From IMG/VR virus record IMGVR_UViG_3300032218_000638, positions 1-25,982 of that record: 25,982 bases of DNA; one strand, 5' to 3'. Positions 9,349 to 19,100 of this stretch are shown here, piece by piece (the stretch's first letter is position 1; each line of letters starts with the position of its first letter). The DNA comes from a virus. Taxonomy: Duplodnaviria; Caudoviricetes. The notes under the pieces are model-generated. The model saw nothing but the letters and a program-made list of their open reading frames with translations. It was not told where the DNA came from and ran no database searches. Both the position numbers and the translations under genes were made by a program.

Positions 9349-10659
9349 GCCGGTACAAGCGGCACATCAGGAACTTCTGGCACAAGCGGAAAGGATGGTT
9401 CATCAGGAACTTCTGGTTTAGATGGAACTTATTTTGGAAGTAGTGGTACGAGCGGTACAAGTGGTTTAAATGGCACATCTGGTACAAGTGGTTTGGATGG
9501 AACAAGCGGCACATCGGGAAGTAGTGGTACATCAGGATTAGATGGTACTTTATTTGGAAGCAGTGGTACTTCTGGATTAGATGGTACATCGGGTTTAGAT
9601 GGCACTTCAGGAGTAGATGGTTCAAATGGTACATCTGGCGTTAGTGGAACTGATGGAACATCTGGCACAAGCGGATTAGATGGTACATATTTTGGTTCTT
9701 CTGGTACAAGTGGATTAGATGGTACTTCAGGCGTAGATGGGCAAAATGGTACATCGGGTACATCAGGAACTTCTGGCACATCAGGAACTTCTGGCACATC
9801 GGGATTAGATGGTACATATTTTGGAAGTAGTGGTACGAGCGGCACATCTGGATTGGATGGGACTTCTGGCACAAGCGGTACAAGCGGTATAGATGGCACA
9901 AGCGGAACAAGTGGCGCAGATGGTACTTCGGGAACTTCTGGATTAGATGGTACATTATTTGGTTCATCAGGAACTTCTGGCACGAGCGGTACATCGGGTA
10001 CATCTGGCACAAGCGGCACAAGTGGAGTTAGTGGTTCTGCTGGAACTTCTGGATTAGATGGTACATTATTTGGTTCATCGGGAACTTCTGGAGTTAGTGG
10101 TACAAGCGGCACATCAGGAACTTCTGGTTCAAGCGGCACGTCTGGTACATCAGGAACTTCTGGATTGAATGGTACATTATTTGGTTCATCGGGAACAAGC
10201 GGAAGTAGTGGCACATCAGGAACAAGTGGAAGTAGTGGCACAAGCGGTACGAGTGGCACTTCGGGAACTTCTGGATTGAATGGTACATTATTTGGTTCAT
10301 CGGGAACAAGCGGTACTTCTGGAGCAATGGGTTCGGTTGGTTCAGCAGGCTCATCAGGTACATCAGGTACATCAGCACCTGGATTCTCATCAGGAACTTC
10401 TGGTACATCGGGAGCAAGTGGTTCATCAGGAACATCAGCACCGGGCATAACTTCAGGCACAAGCGGCACAAGTGGTACATCTGGCACAAGCGGATTGGAT
10501 GGAACTTATTTTGGAACAAGCGGTACATCAGGAACAAACGCTCCGGGATATTCATCGGGTACTTCTGGACTTACGGGTTCATCAGGAACATCAGGCACAT
10601 CAGCACCTGGCATAACATCAGGTACATCAGGAAGTAATGGTTCGTCTGGTACATCGGGT
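7273..10659 (+). repeat. (Gly-X-Y)n tract, mostly Gly-Thr-Ser, ~1130 codons
   Basis: Gly at every third residue, 9-nt periodicity with mixed synonymous codons, and GC visibly higher than the flanks. Confidence 0.95.
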
Positions 10660-11124
10660 GGATTAACGTTAGTTGGTACAACTGAAAATGGTGTAATTAC
10701 ATATAATAACGTACCACCAACATCTGTTGTTGAATCTAATTTAACATTTGATGGAACTACATTAAGTGTAACGGGTAATGTTACAATTAGTACAAGTATT
10801 AGTTCAGTAACATATAGAGAAACTTATAACGATTTAGGAACTGGGGGAAGCGTAACAATAGATTTATCAACAGGTAATAACTTTAGAAGACAATTTAATG
10901 GTTCAGCAACAATAACATTTGCAGCAGCACCATCATCTAACGCATTTGGATTTACTTTATTAATGGTAAATGCAGGAGCTTACGCTATTACATGGCCATC
11001 AATTAAGTGGGCAGGTGGTACAACGCCTGTATTAACATCATCTGGAACAGATGTAATTGTAATTTATACTTATAATGGTGGTACAACTTATTACGGATTT
11101 GTAACAGGTAAAAATATGATTTAA
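9349..11124 (+). CDS. Giant fibre protein 1, 3' segment (in-frame continuation after the TAA; ORF track 9493..11124)
   Basis: Same frame as 1..9348, and the GTS repeat resumes immediately after the stop. TTG 9493 is the Leu of a GLDG repeat unit with no A-rich leader. The C-terminal ~105 aa ([10 protein letters not shown]...[21 protein letters not shown]...GGTTYYG) resemble fibre C-terminal adaptor domains. Confidence 0.8.
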   Translation, partial: AGTSGTSGTSGTSGKDGSSGTSGLDGTYFGSSGTSGTSGLNGTSGTSGLDGTSGTSGSSGTSGLDGTLFGSSGTSGLDGTSGLDGTSGVDGSNGTSGVSGTDGTSGTSGLDGTYFGSSGTSGLDGTSGVDGQNGTSGTSGTSGTSGTSGTSGLDGTYFGSSGTSGTSGLDGTSGTSGTSGIDGTSGTSGADGTSGTSGLDGTLFGSSGTSGTSGTSGTSGTSGTSGVSGSAGTSGLDGTLFGSSGTSGVSGTSGTSGTSGSSGTSGTSGTSGLNGTLFGSSGTSGSSGTSGTSGSSGTSGTSGTSGTSGLNGTLFGSSGTSGTSGAMGSVGSAGSSGTSGTSAPGFSSGTSGTSGASGSSGTSAPGITSGTSGTSGTSGTSGLDGTYFGTSGTSGTNAPGYSSGTSGLTGSSGTSGTSAPGITSGTSGSNGSSGTSGGLTLVGTTENGVITYNNVPPTSVVESNLTFDGTTLSVTGNVTISTSISSVTYRETYNDLGTGGSVTIDLSTGNNFRRQFNGSATITFAAAPSSNAFGFTLLMVNAGAYAITWPSIKWAGGTTPVLTSSGTDVIVIYTYNGGTTYYGFVTGKNMI

Positions 11125-11137
11125 ATAGTTATATAAA

Positions 11138-12046
11138 ATGTCAACAACAATAGGAAGAAGATTAGTGGAAACATCATCATCAACATCATACCCATTTGTA
11201 TTTAAAGTCACAACAACTACGACTAATACGGTATTTACTTGTCCATTAGTTGATTATAGCGGACAAACACCATCTTTGTTTATAAGTTGGGGGGATGGGG
11301 GTAGTTCTCCTTTAATTACATCATCAACTTCATCTGATAGAATACATACATACGCATCAGCAGGTACATATACTGTAACAATTACTGGATTTATGCCAGG
11401 TTTTCGTGTGGATAACTCCGCATCAATTAGAAGTTTAATTACTGAATTAGTTCAATGGGGAACTGTTGGTTTAAAAGTAATTAATTTTTATGGATGTAAT
11501 AATTTAACAACAATACCTGGAAGTAATTCATTAAGTGGTGTTGGTGGATATACCGGATTAGCAGATATTTTATCATTTGCATCTTTTATGAGAGGTACTA
11601 GATTAACAGCTATTCCATCTGATATATTTGCATATTCACCATTAGCAACAACATTTACGGATAGCTTTTCAAGCGTAGCTACTATAACAACTGTACCAAC
11701 TGGATTATTTAATTATAATACACAAGCTACAACATTTGCATCTTGCTTTTTTGCTTGTAGTGCATTAGCGAGTGTACCTTCAACATTATTTGATTTGAAT
11801 ACGCAAGTTGTAAACTTTTCAGGTACATTTAGAAATTGTAGAGCATTAACAAATGTATTACAATTTACAAATAACCAAAGTGTTACAACCTTTGCTAACA
11901 TTTATAATATGAGTTCTACATCAAATGCTTTAAGTGGAACTGCTCCTACATTATGGACTAGAAATCCAACACCATCTGGTACTGGGGCATTTTTTAATTG
12001 TACCGGATTAACAAATTACGCATCAATACCTGCAAATTGGAAATAA
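11138..12046 (+). CDS. PKD-like plus BspA/DUF285-like leucine-rich-repeat protein, putative fibre-tip adhesin
   Basis: ISWGDG...HTYASAGTYTVTITG is PKD-like. It is followed by ~24-aa repeats (LTAIPSDIFAYSPLATTFTDSF; ITTVPTGLFNYNTQATTFASCFFAC; LASVPSTLFDLNTQVVNFSGTFRNC). Confidence 0.75.
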   Translation: MSTTIGRRLVETSSSTSYPFVFKVTTTTTNTVFTCPLVDYSGQTPSLFISWGDGGSSPLITSSTSSDRIHTYASAGTYTVTITGFMPGFRVDNSASIRSLITELVQWGTVGLKVINFYGCNNLTTIPGSNSLSGVGGYTGLADILSFASFMRGTRLTAIPSDIFAYSPLATTFTDSFSSVATITTVPTGLFNYNTQATTFASCFFACSALASVPSTLFDLNTQVVNFSGTFRNCRALTNVLQFTNNQSVTTFANIYNMSSTSNALSGTAPTLWTRNPTPSGTGAFFNCTGLTNYASIPANWK

Positions 12047-12047
12047 T

Positions 12048-12491
12048 ATGTATTTAAAATTTAGTAACGATACTATAACATACCCTTATACAATTCAACA
12101 ACTTAGAGAAGATAATTCTAATGTAAGTTTCCCTGCTGAAATGAGTAATCAATTTTTAGCAGAATGGGATGTATTTGAAATAAACAATGTACCAGCTCCA
12201 ATAGATTATACAAAAAATATTACGGAAGGTACTCCAATATTAATAGATGGTAAATGGTATCAATCGTGGAATCAAACAGTAGCATCAGATAGTGAAATAA
12301 ATTATAGATTGGAAAATCAATGGTTTATTGTTAGAGAAACTAGAAATGAATTATTAACAGAGTGTGATTGGACACAATTGGGTGATGTTGCATCGGAAAC
12401 AAAAAATTTATGGGCAGAATATAGACAATCGTTAAGAGATATAACAAAACAGGAAAATCCATTTAATATAAACTGGCCTGTAAAACCTTAA
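12048..12491 (+). CDS. Tail fibre assembly chaperone (Tfa/Phage_tail_APC-like)
   Basis: C-terminal signature RETRNELLTECDWTQLGD...WAEYRQSLRDIT...INWP. Starts 1 nt after the previous stop. Confidence 0.85.
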   Translation: MYLKFSNDTITYPYTIQQLREDNSNVSFPAEMSNQFLAEWDVFEINNVPAPIDYTKNITEGTPILIDGKWYQSWNQTVASDSEINYRLENQWFIVRETRNELLTECDWTQLGDVASETKNLWAEYRQSLRDITKQENPFNINWPVKP

Positions 12492-12503
12492 TTATGATTT
12501 TTT

Positions 12504-12512
12504 ATATTTATA
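12504..12512 (+). promoter_or_regulatory. Putative late promoter motif ATATTTATA
   Basis: Same motif recurs in five intergenic regions upstream of start codons. Confidence 0.5.
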
Positions 12513-12536
12513 CCTAAACAAACGAATTAAAAATAA

Positions 12537-12818
12537 ATGGTAATACATAGTCCCATATTCTCAGGTTCAATTATACAAGATAGACTTCATGCATATGCGG
12601 ATTTGAGTGGTTCTTTTACTGGTTCATTAACTGGTTCGTTTAAAGGTACAATTGAAGTACAAACTGCTACATTTACTAATTTAAATGTAACCAGTAAACT
12701 ATATGTTACCGGTTCTCAAATTATTACTGGTTCTATATATTTAAATCAGGGTGGTTATTTGGTAGATGGAGTAAATGTATTAGATTCTGCTTTAGCTTTT
12801 GCTATCGCATTAGGATAA
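12537..12818 (+). CDS. Small fibre-related structural protein
   Basis: Shares SGSFTGS/VTGS motifs with the fibres. Ends in AFAIALG, a C-terminal motif I recall from phage fibre-associated proteins. Confidence 0.7.
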   Translation: MVIHSPIFSGSIIQDRLHAYADLSGSFTGSLTGSFKGTIEVQTATFTNLNVTSKLYVTGSQIITGSIYLNQGGYLVDGVNVLDSALAFAIALG

Positions 12819-12829
12819 AATAAAATAAA

Positions 12830-13162
12830 ATGGCAAACGTATTTAAAAATAGTGTAACGGGTTCAATAGGTACAGCTGGTGCGGTAGTTTATACAACACC
12901 AACAGCAACAACTACAACTGTTATTGGATTGAATATTGCTAACACAAATACAAATAATATTACTGTAAGTGCTATGGTTAGAGATAACGCAGCAAATAAA
13001 GTAGCATATTTAGTAAAAGATACTTTGATAGTACAAGGAAGTACAACAGTATTATTTGGTGGTGAGCAAAAATTAGTATTAAAGACTGGTGATAATATTT
13101 CAATAACATCTTCTTTAGCTAATTCAGCAGATGTAATTGTTTCAGTATTAGAATTGACATAA
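12830..13162 (+). CDS. Small beta-rich virion protein (MANxFKN...KLVL..GD type)
   Basis: 110-aa ORF with A-rich leader. Resembles the small proteins that follow AIALG-ending genes in large myoviruses. Confidence 0.7.
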   Translation: MANVFKNSVTGSIGTAGAVVYTTPTATTTTVIGLNIANTNTNNITVSAMVRDNAANKVAYLVKDTLIVQGSTTVLFGGEQKLVLKTGDNISITSSLANSADVIVSVLELT

Positions 13163-13173
13163 AATAGTAACGA

Positions 13174-16100
13174 ATGAAGTTTGAAGGAAAAAGTCCTAAC
13201 GGAATAAATCAGAATAGTGTTAATAGTGTATCGCTTTTTGTAAGTGGTTCTCCTATTCTTAATGCTTCATCTGAATCGGTAAATGTAGTAGGAAACTTTA
13301 CATCATCTAAATTACAAACCAATGTTATTGGTACATTAGGTGGACAAACTTTACAAATATCTTCAAGCGTAAATATTTCTAGTTCAATAAGCGCATCTCT
13401 ATTCAAAGGAGATGGTAGTGCATTATTTAATATACAAGCTTCTGGTATTGGTGATATAAACCAATTGAAATCGGGCTCGGCAATAGCAAATATTTCTCCA
13501 AATTTAGGATTACAAATTAATGTTAATACAAATGTAAGTGGAAATTTAATAGTTCAAGGAAGAATTCAAACAAATGAATTTTTTGCACAATATATTTCAT
13601 CTTCTATCATTTATTCATCCGGTTCAAATAAATTTGGTGATGCAACAAATGATAAACAAGAAATTACAGGTAGTTTAAGTGTAAGTGGTAGTATAGGAAT
13701 TACAGGAGATTCAATACCAACTGATAACTCAAGTCAAGAGGTATTGGTATTGAATTTAACAACTGGTAGAATTGGTAGAAAAACAGCGGCAGCAACTTCT
13801 GGTACATCGGGAACTTCTGGCACAAGTGGCACATCAGGAACTTCTGGTACAAGCGGGACAGCAGGAACTTCCGGTAGTAGTGGCACTTCCGGAAGTAGTG
13901 GAACATCAGGTTCATCAGGAACTTCTGGCACGAGTGGCACATCGGGAACTTCTGGTACAAGCGGCACAAGCGGTACTAGTGGCACATCAGGAACTAGAGG
14001 AACGAGCGGCACATCAGGTTCATCAGGAACTTCTGGTTCAAGCGGCACATCGGGAAGTAGTGGTACATCTGGGTCTTCGGGAACTTCTGGAATTAGTGGC
14101 TCATCAGGAACTTCTGGTTTAAGCGGCACAAGTGGTACATCAGGAACTTCTGGAAGTAGTGGCACATCTGGCACAAGCGGTTCTACCGGCTCATCAGGAA
14201 CTTCTGGAGTAAGTGGTAGTAGTGGTACGAGTGGCACAAGCGGTACTAGTGGCACATCAGGAAGTAGTGGTACATCGGGCTCATCTGGTACAAGCGGCAC
14301 AAGCGGTATAAGTGGTTCATCAGGTACGAGCGGCACAAGCGGCACATCAGGAACAAGCGGCACCTCTGGCACATCAGGAAGTTCTGGAGTAAGTGGTACA
14401 ACAGGTACTTCTGGAACAAGCGGCACGAGTGGCACATCAGGAACAAGCGGTACGAGTGGCACATCGGGTACAAGCGGTGTAACTGGAGCTGGCGGTTCAT
14501 ATGGTACATCAGGAAGTGGAGGTACAAGCGGCACATCAGGAACAAGCGGCACGAGTGGCACATCAGCATCTGCTGGTAGTGGTGGTACTGCTGGTACATC
14601 GGGAACTTCTGGCACAAGCGGCACATCAGGTTCTTCAGGAACTTCTGGAAGTAGTGGCACATCCGGAACTAATGGTACATCTGGCACAAGTGGAGCGCAA
14701 GGTTCATCTGGCTCAGCTGGCACATCAGGTTCTTCAGGAACTTCTGGAAGTAGTGGCACATCGGGAACTTCTGGAAGTAGTGGAACGAGTGGAGCGCAAG
14801 GCTCATCTGGGTCAGCGGGAACATCGGGAACTTCTGGGGTAAGTGGTAGTAGTGGTACGAGTGGCACATCGGGAACAAGCGGTTCAACTGGAGCTGGATA
14901 TGGTAATGTAACATCTACAACATCAGCAACACCAGCATCAACTGGTACAATAACTTTAACAACAAATCAGCAAGGTGCATTTATAACTGGAGATAGAGTA
15001 AGAGCAGTAAACACTGTTTCAAACTATTTTGAGGGAACTGTAACTATTACAGGTGGTACAACATTTGCAATTGCTGCAGATTATAATTTTGGTACAACAA
15101 CTGCATCTTCTTGGGCAATATCTATTGCAGGTTTAAGAGGAACTTCGGGCGCATCGGGTACATCTGGCACAAGCGGTACAAGTGGCACATCGGGAACTTC
15201 CGGAGTTAGCGGTAGTAGTGGCACATCAGGTTCAAGCGGCACATCAGGTTCTTCAGGAACTTCTGGTGTAAGTGGTTCGGCTGGTACAAGCGGCACGAGT
15301 GGTACAAGCGGTACGAGTGGCACATCAGGAACTTCTGGTACAAGCGGCACATCAGGAACTTCTGGTTCGGGTGGTTCATCTGGCACAAGCGGAAGTAGCG
15401 GTACATCAGGAAGTAGCGGCACATCAGGAAGTAGTGGTACATCTGGTGTGAGTGGTTCATCGGGAACTTCTGGCACATCAGGAACTTCTGGTACAAGTGG
15501 CACATCAGGAACTTCCGGCGTAAGTGGGTCATCAGGTACATCGGGAACTTCTGGCACATCAGGTACAAGCGGCACGAGTGGTACGAGCGGCACAAGCGGC
15601 ACATCGGGAACTTCTGGTACAAGTGGCACGAGTGGCACATCCGGCACATCAGGAACTTCTGGCACAAGTGGTACAGCAGGTACATCAGGATTATTATCCT
15701 TAACTGGTACAACTAATAATGGTGTAATTACTTTGAATGGTACTGCACCAAATGGTAAAGTTAATGCCAATATGACATTTGATGGTACTAACTTATTAGT
15801 AGTTGGTAACGCAACCATCACAGGTAATATAACTGTAAGTGGAACAACAACATATTTGAACACAACAAATGTTCAAACAAACGATAATATTATAACTCTT
15901 AACGCATCAGCAACTGGTTCAGGTTCTCCTGTGGTTATTGATAGCGGATTTGAAGTTAAAAGAAATGGTTCAGCAACAAGACAATTCCTTTGGAATGAAG
16001 CTAATAGTAGATGGTATTCTGATACTGATTTATTTGTAAATGGTATTTTAAGAAATACATCAAACGTAAATAGTACAGGTGATGCTGGTATAGCAATAAA

Positions 16101-19100
16101 TACTGGAGATAGATTAGGATTTAATGAAAGTGGAGTTCGTTCTTGGTCAATAAAAGCAAGTGGTGGTAATTTAAATCATTACTCTGGTGATAATGGTGGT
16201 ATATACACATTTGGTAGTGGTGTTACAATTAACGCAGGTAATTTTAATGTTAGTTCTGGAAACATAGTTTTAAGTGGTACGATAGATACTGGGCAGGGTG
16301 CAACTGAGGTTTATTTAATGAACCAAAATGTTAGAACATCTGATAATGTTACGTTCGCAAATATAACAGGTACCGGTCAACTTACTGTTGGTAATAGTTT
16401 AACTAGACCGGCATCATTAGCAACTCTTAATAACTACGCAGCAAGAATTGGTGGTAGTGATGTTTATCTAAACATTGCTTCATTAGATGGTACATATGGT
16501 TATCAAGTAGCATTACAATCGGGAAGAAATAGTGATAACGCTAACTTTGGAATGTTATTGAATCCAAATGGTGGTAACATAACTGTTGGTCAATATACTG
16601 CATTAGGATATAATTTAGGTGTAGCTGGTACTGGATATTTTGGTGGAGCATTAACATTAAATAGTACAGCAACATTTAACCACAATGGTACATTAATATC
16701 AACTCCGTTTATGACCGATTCAATTGGTACAAACGCAAGTTATGGTGCATACATTGGTTCAAATGTTGGTGGTACATATTATGTTTATGGTAATGGTGCA
16801 TTTAATAATAATGGAACTCTTACTAGATTAGCAATATACGGATACAATACAAGTGGTAATCTATATGCAACTCAATTTATAGATAACGATAATACAGCAT
16901 ATTTTTTAAATCCAAATTCATATTCTCAATTAAGTAGATTATGGATTGATGGTGGATTGGCATTACAAACTGGTACAACATCAACTGTAAACTCAACAAC
17001 AATATTAAGACCTGGTGGAGCATCTTATTCTTATAATGGTAATGTTGTAACTGGAGCATTTAAGATTCGTTTACCACAGGGTTATAGTTCTTGTATGATG
17101 AAAATGAGAGTTTCTATCTACAACTATTCAGATGGAACTTCTTGGACTTATTTAATTAGTGGATATAACTATGGTGGTGGATATTGGGTAAATATGGCAG
17201 CATCTGTTGTAGGTGATTTAAGTTCACCTGCATATCAAGTTAGATTTGGTAATCAGGGAGGTTATTGTTGTATTTGGATTGGTGAAACTAATACGAGTTG
17301 GAATTATCCAGCTTGTATAGTTGAAGAATTTGAAGCAACATTTAATAATGTTGGTATTGATACTTGGGATGATGGTTGGGATATTTCGGTTGTAACATCA
17401 TTTGGTGCAGTAGATAGTGGTAGATATCCTAGAAATAGAAGTTTCCAATATATTGCAGATAATAGAATGGATTCTCCAATCTATTATGATTTGGATGATA
17501 CCACATACTTTATGGACCCTAATAGTCAATCTCGTATAGCTAGAATGAACATTAGTGCTGGGCAAGTACAGGCTGTAAATAATGCTGGTGGTAGATTAAG
17601 AATATCTTCATATACAACTGGTACTGGTGAGATAGATGCAAATACATACAATATAGTCTTAGGACCTTCAGCAACAAGAAGTGGTACCGGATATTATGCT
17701 GGTATAGCAATCAATGGATTGTTAAACTATTCTGGTGGTACTGGATATGATGTTGCACCACATATTTGGTTAGGTGCACAATATAGAGATACACCGGGTT
17801 CAGAACGTTCTGATTTTATTATAGCAATTAAATCCGGAACAGGTACATCTGGTACTGGTACTGATATTCCACAAACTAGAGTAAGAGTAGATTATACGGG
17901 TACAATGACTGTACAATCTAATTTATATGTACCAAGTTTTTACGCAGATACTTACTATGATAATGGTGGTACATTCTTATTCCAAAAAGGAAGTGGAGCT
18001 GGTACAACTAGACATATAAACTTAGCAAGCGGAACAGGTGACCCATCAAATACAAACGGTCAAATGAATGGTATCACTTGGGGACAGAGAGGTGATAATA
18101 ACCCTTATTATTTGTTATACGCAAAATCGGCATATAATAACGGATACTCAACTCATACTCGTTTAGTAATGGGATGGCATACTGGTGTTGAAATTGGTGG
18201 TAATGCCTCTTATGGTGGTACTAGATTTATGAATGATTCGCCTGGTATTAGTACAACTGAATTGATGAGTATTGGAGCAGGAGATTCAAATGTAAGAATA
18301 ACAAATACTTTATATGTTCCTTATATTTCGGATAGAGATAGTTCAGCATATTATTGGGATGGTAATGGTACTTCTAGAAATAATATTATTGAAATAAACT
18401 CATATCTAAGACAACAAAACGATGGTGGTACTTTCTTAGTATCTGATGTATCTGAAAATAATAACTGGTTATTCCAAGAGAATGCTAGAGGATGGGGTAT
18501 ATTCTATTTAAATCACGGTTCGCAAGCTGGACAAGGTTTTGGTACATATTCAATGGTTGGAGCTGAAACAGTATTTGCTGGGCAAGGAAGTGGTGTTACA
18601 ATGCCTTCGGCATGGACAGGATATAATGCTAGTAGTAAAGTTACAGGAATTATGTCTCACTATAACGGATATTTTTGGACTTATGGAGAGCAATATTCTG
18701 CTACATCAATGAGAGCACCAATATTCTATGATTCGGATGATAGTGGATATAGAGTGGACCCAACTAGTACATCAAGAGTTTCAACATTAGCTGTTGGGCA
18801 ACAAGACCCATCAACTAGATTCCACGTTTGGGGTAATCACGGTGATTCTACATTGGGTGTAAGTTTAAGAGCAGCTGGTAACGGAGCAGGTAGAGGTGAA
18901 GCAAGATTACAAATGTGGGTATCCGAACCTGGTAATACTTGGGAGTGGGGTGGATTTGGATACAATATTAGAAACGATGTTAATGATGGCTCTACCAATA
19001 GATATTATTTCAGTAGAATCAATACTAACTTTGGGGCATCTTATATGAGATTTAGTACTGATGGTACTATCTACTTCTACGGAGGTGGGGGTTCTACTAT

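Noticed and set aside
7406-9421. 671-aa +1-frame ORF spanning the TAA (and 13772, 14501 ORFs)
   Set aside because: Frame shadow of the repeat. It ends at 9421, so bypassing the TAA would need two compensating shifts, and I see no slippery sites.
7311-10555. Many minus-strand ORFs (PDVPLV..., MCRLYQ...)
   Set aside because: They are antisense shadows of GTS codons, which rarely create stops. They coincide with the repeat and have no start context.
7273-15690. CRISPR array or ice-nucleation (InaZ) gene
   Set aside because: No constant repeat with unique spacers. Periodicity is 3 aa, not the 8/16/48-aa AGYGST pattern.
13700-15863. Minus-strand ORFs over the second GTS tract
   Set aside because: Same shadow effect.
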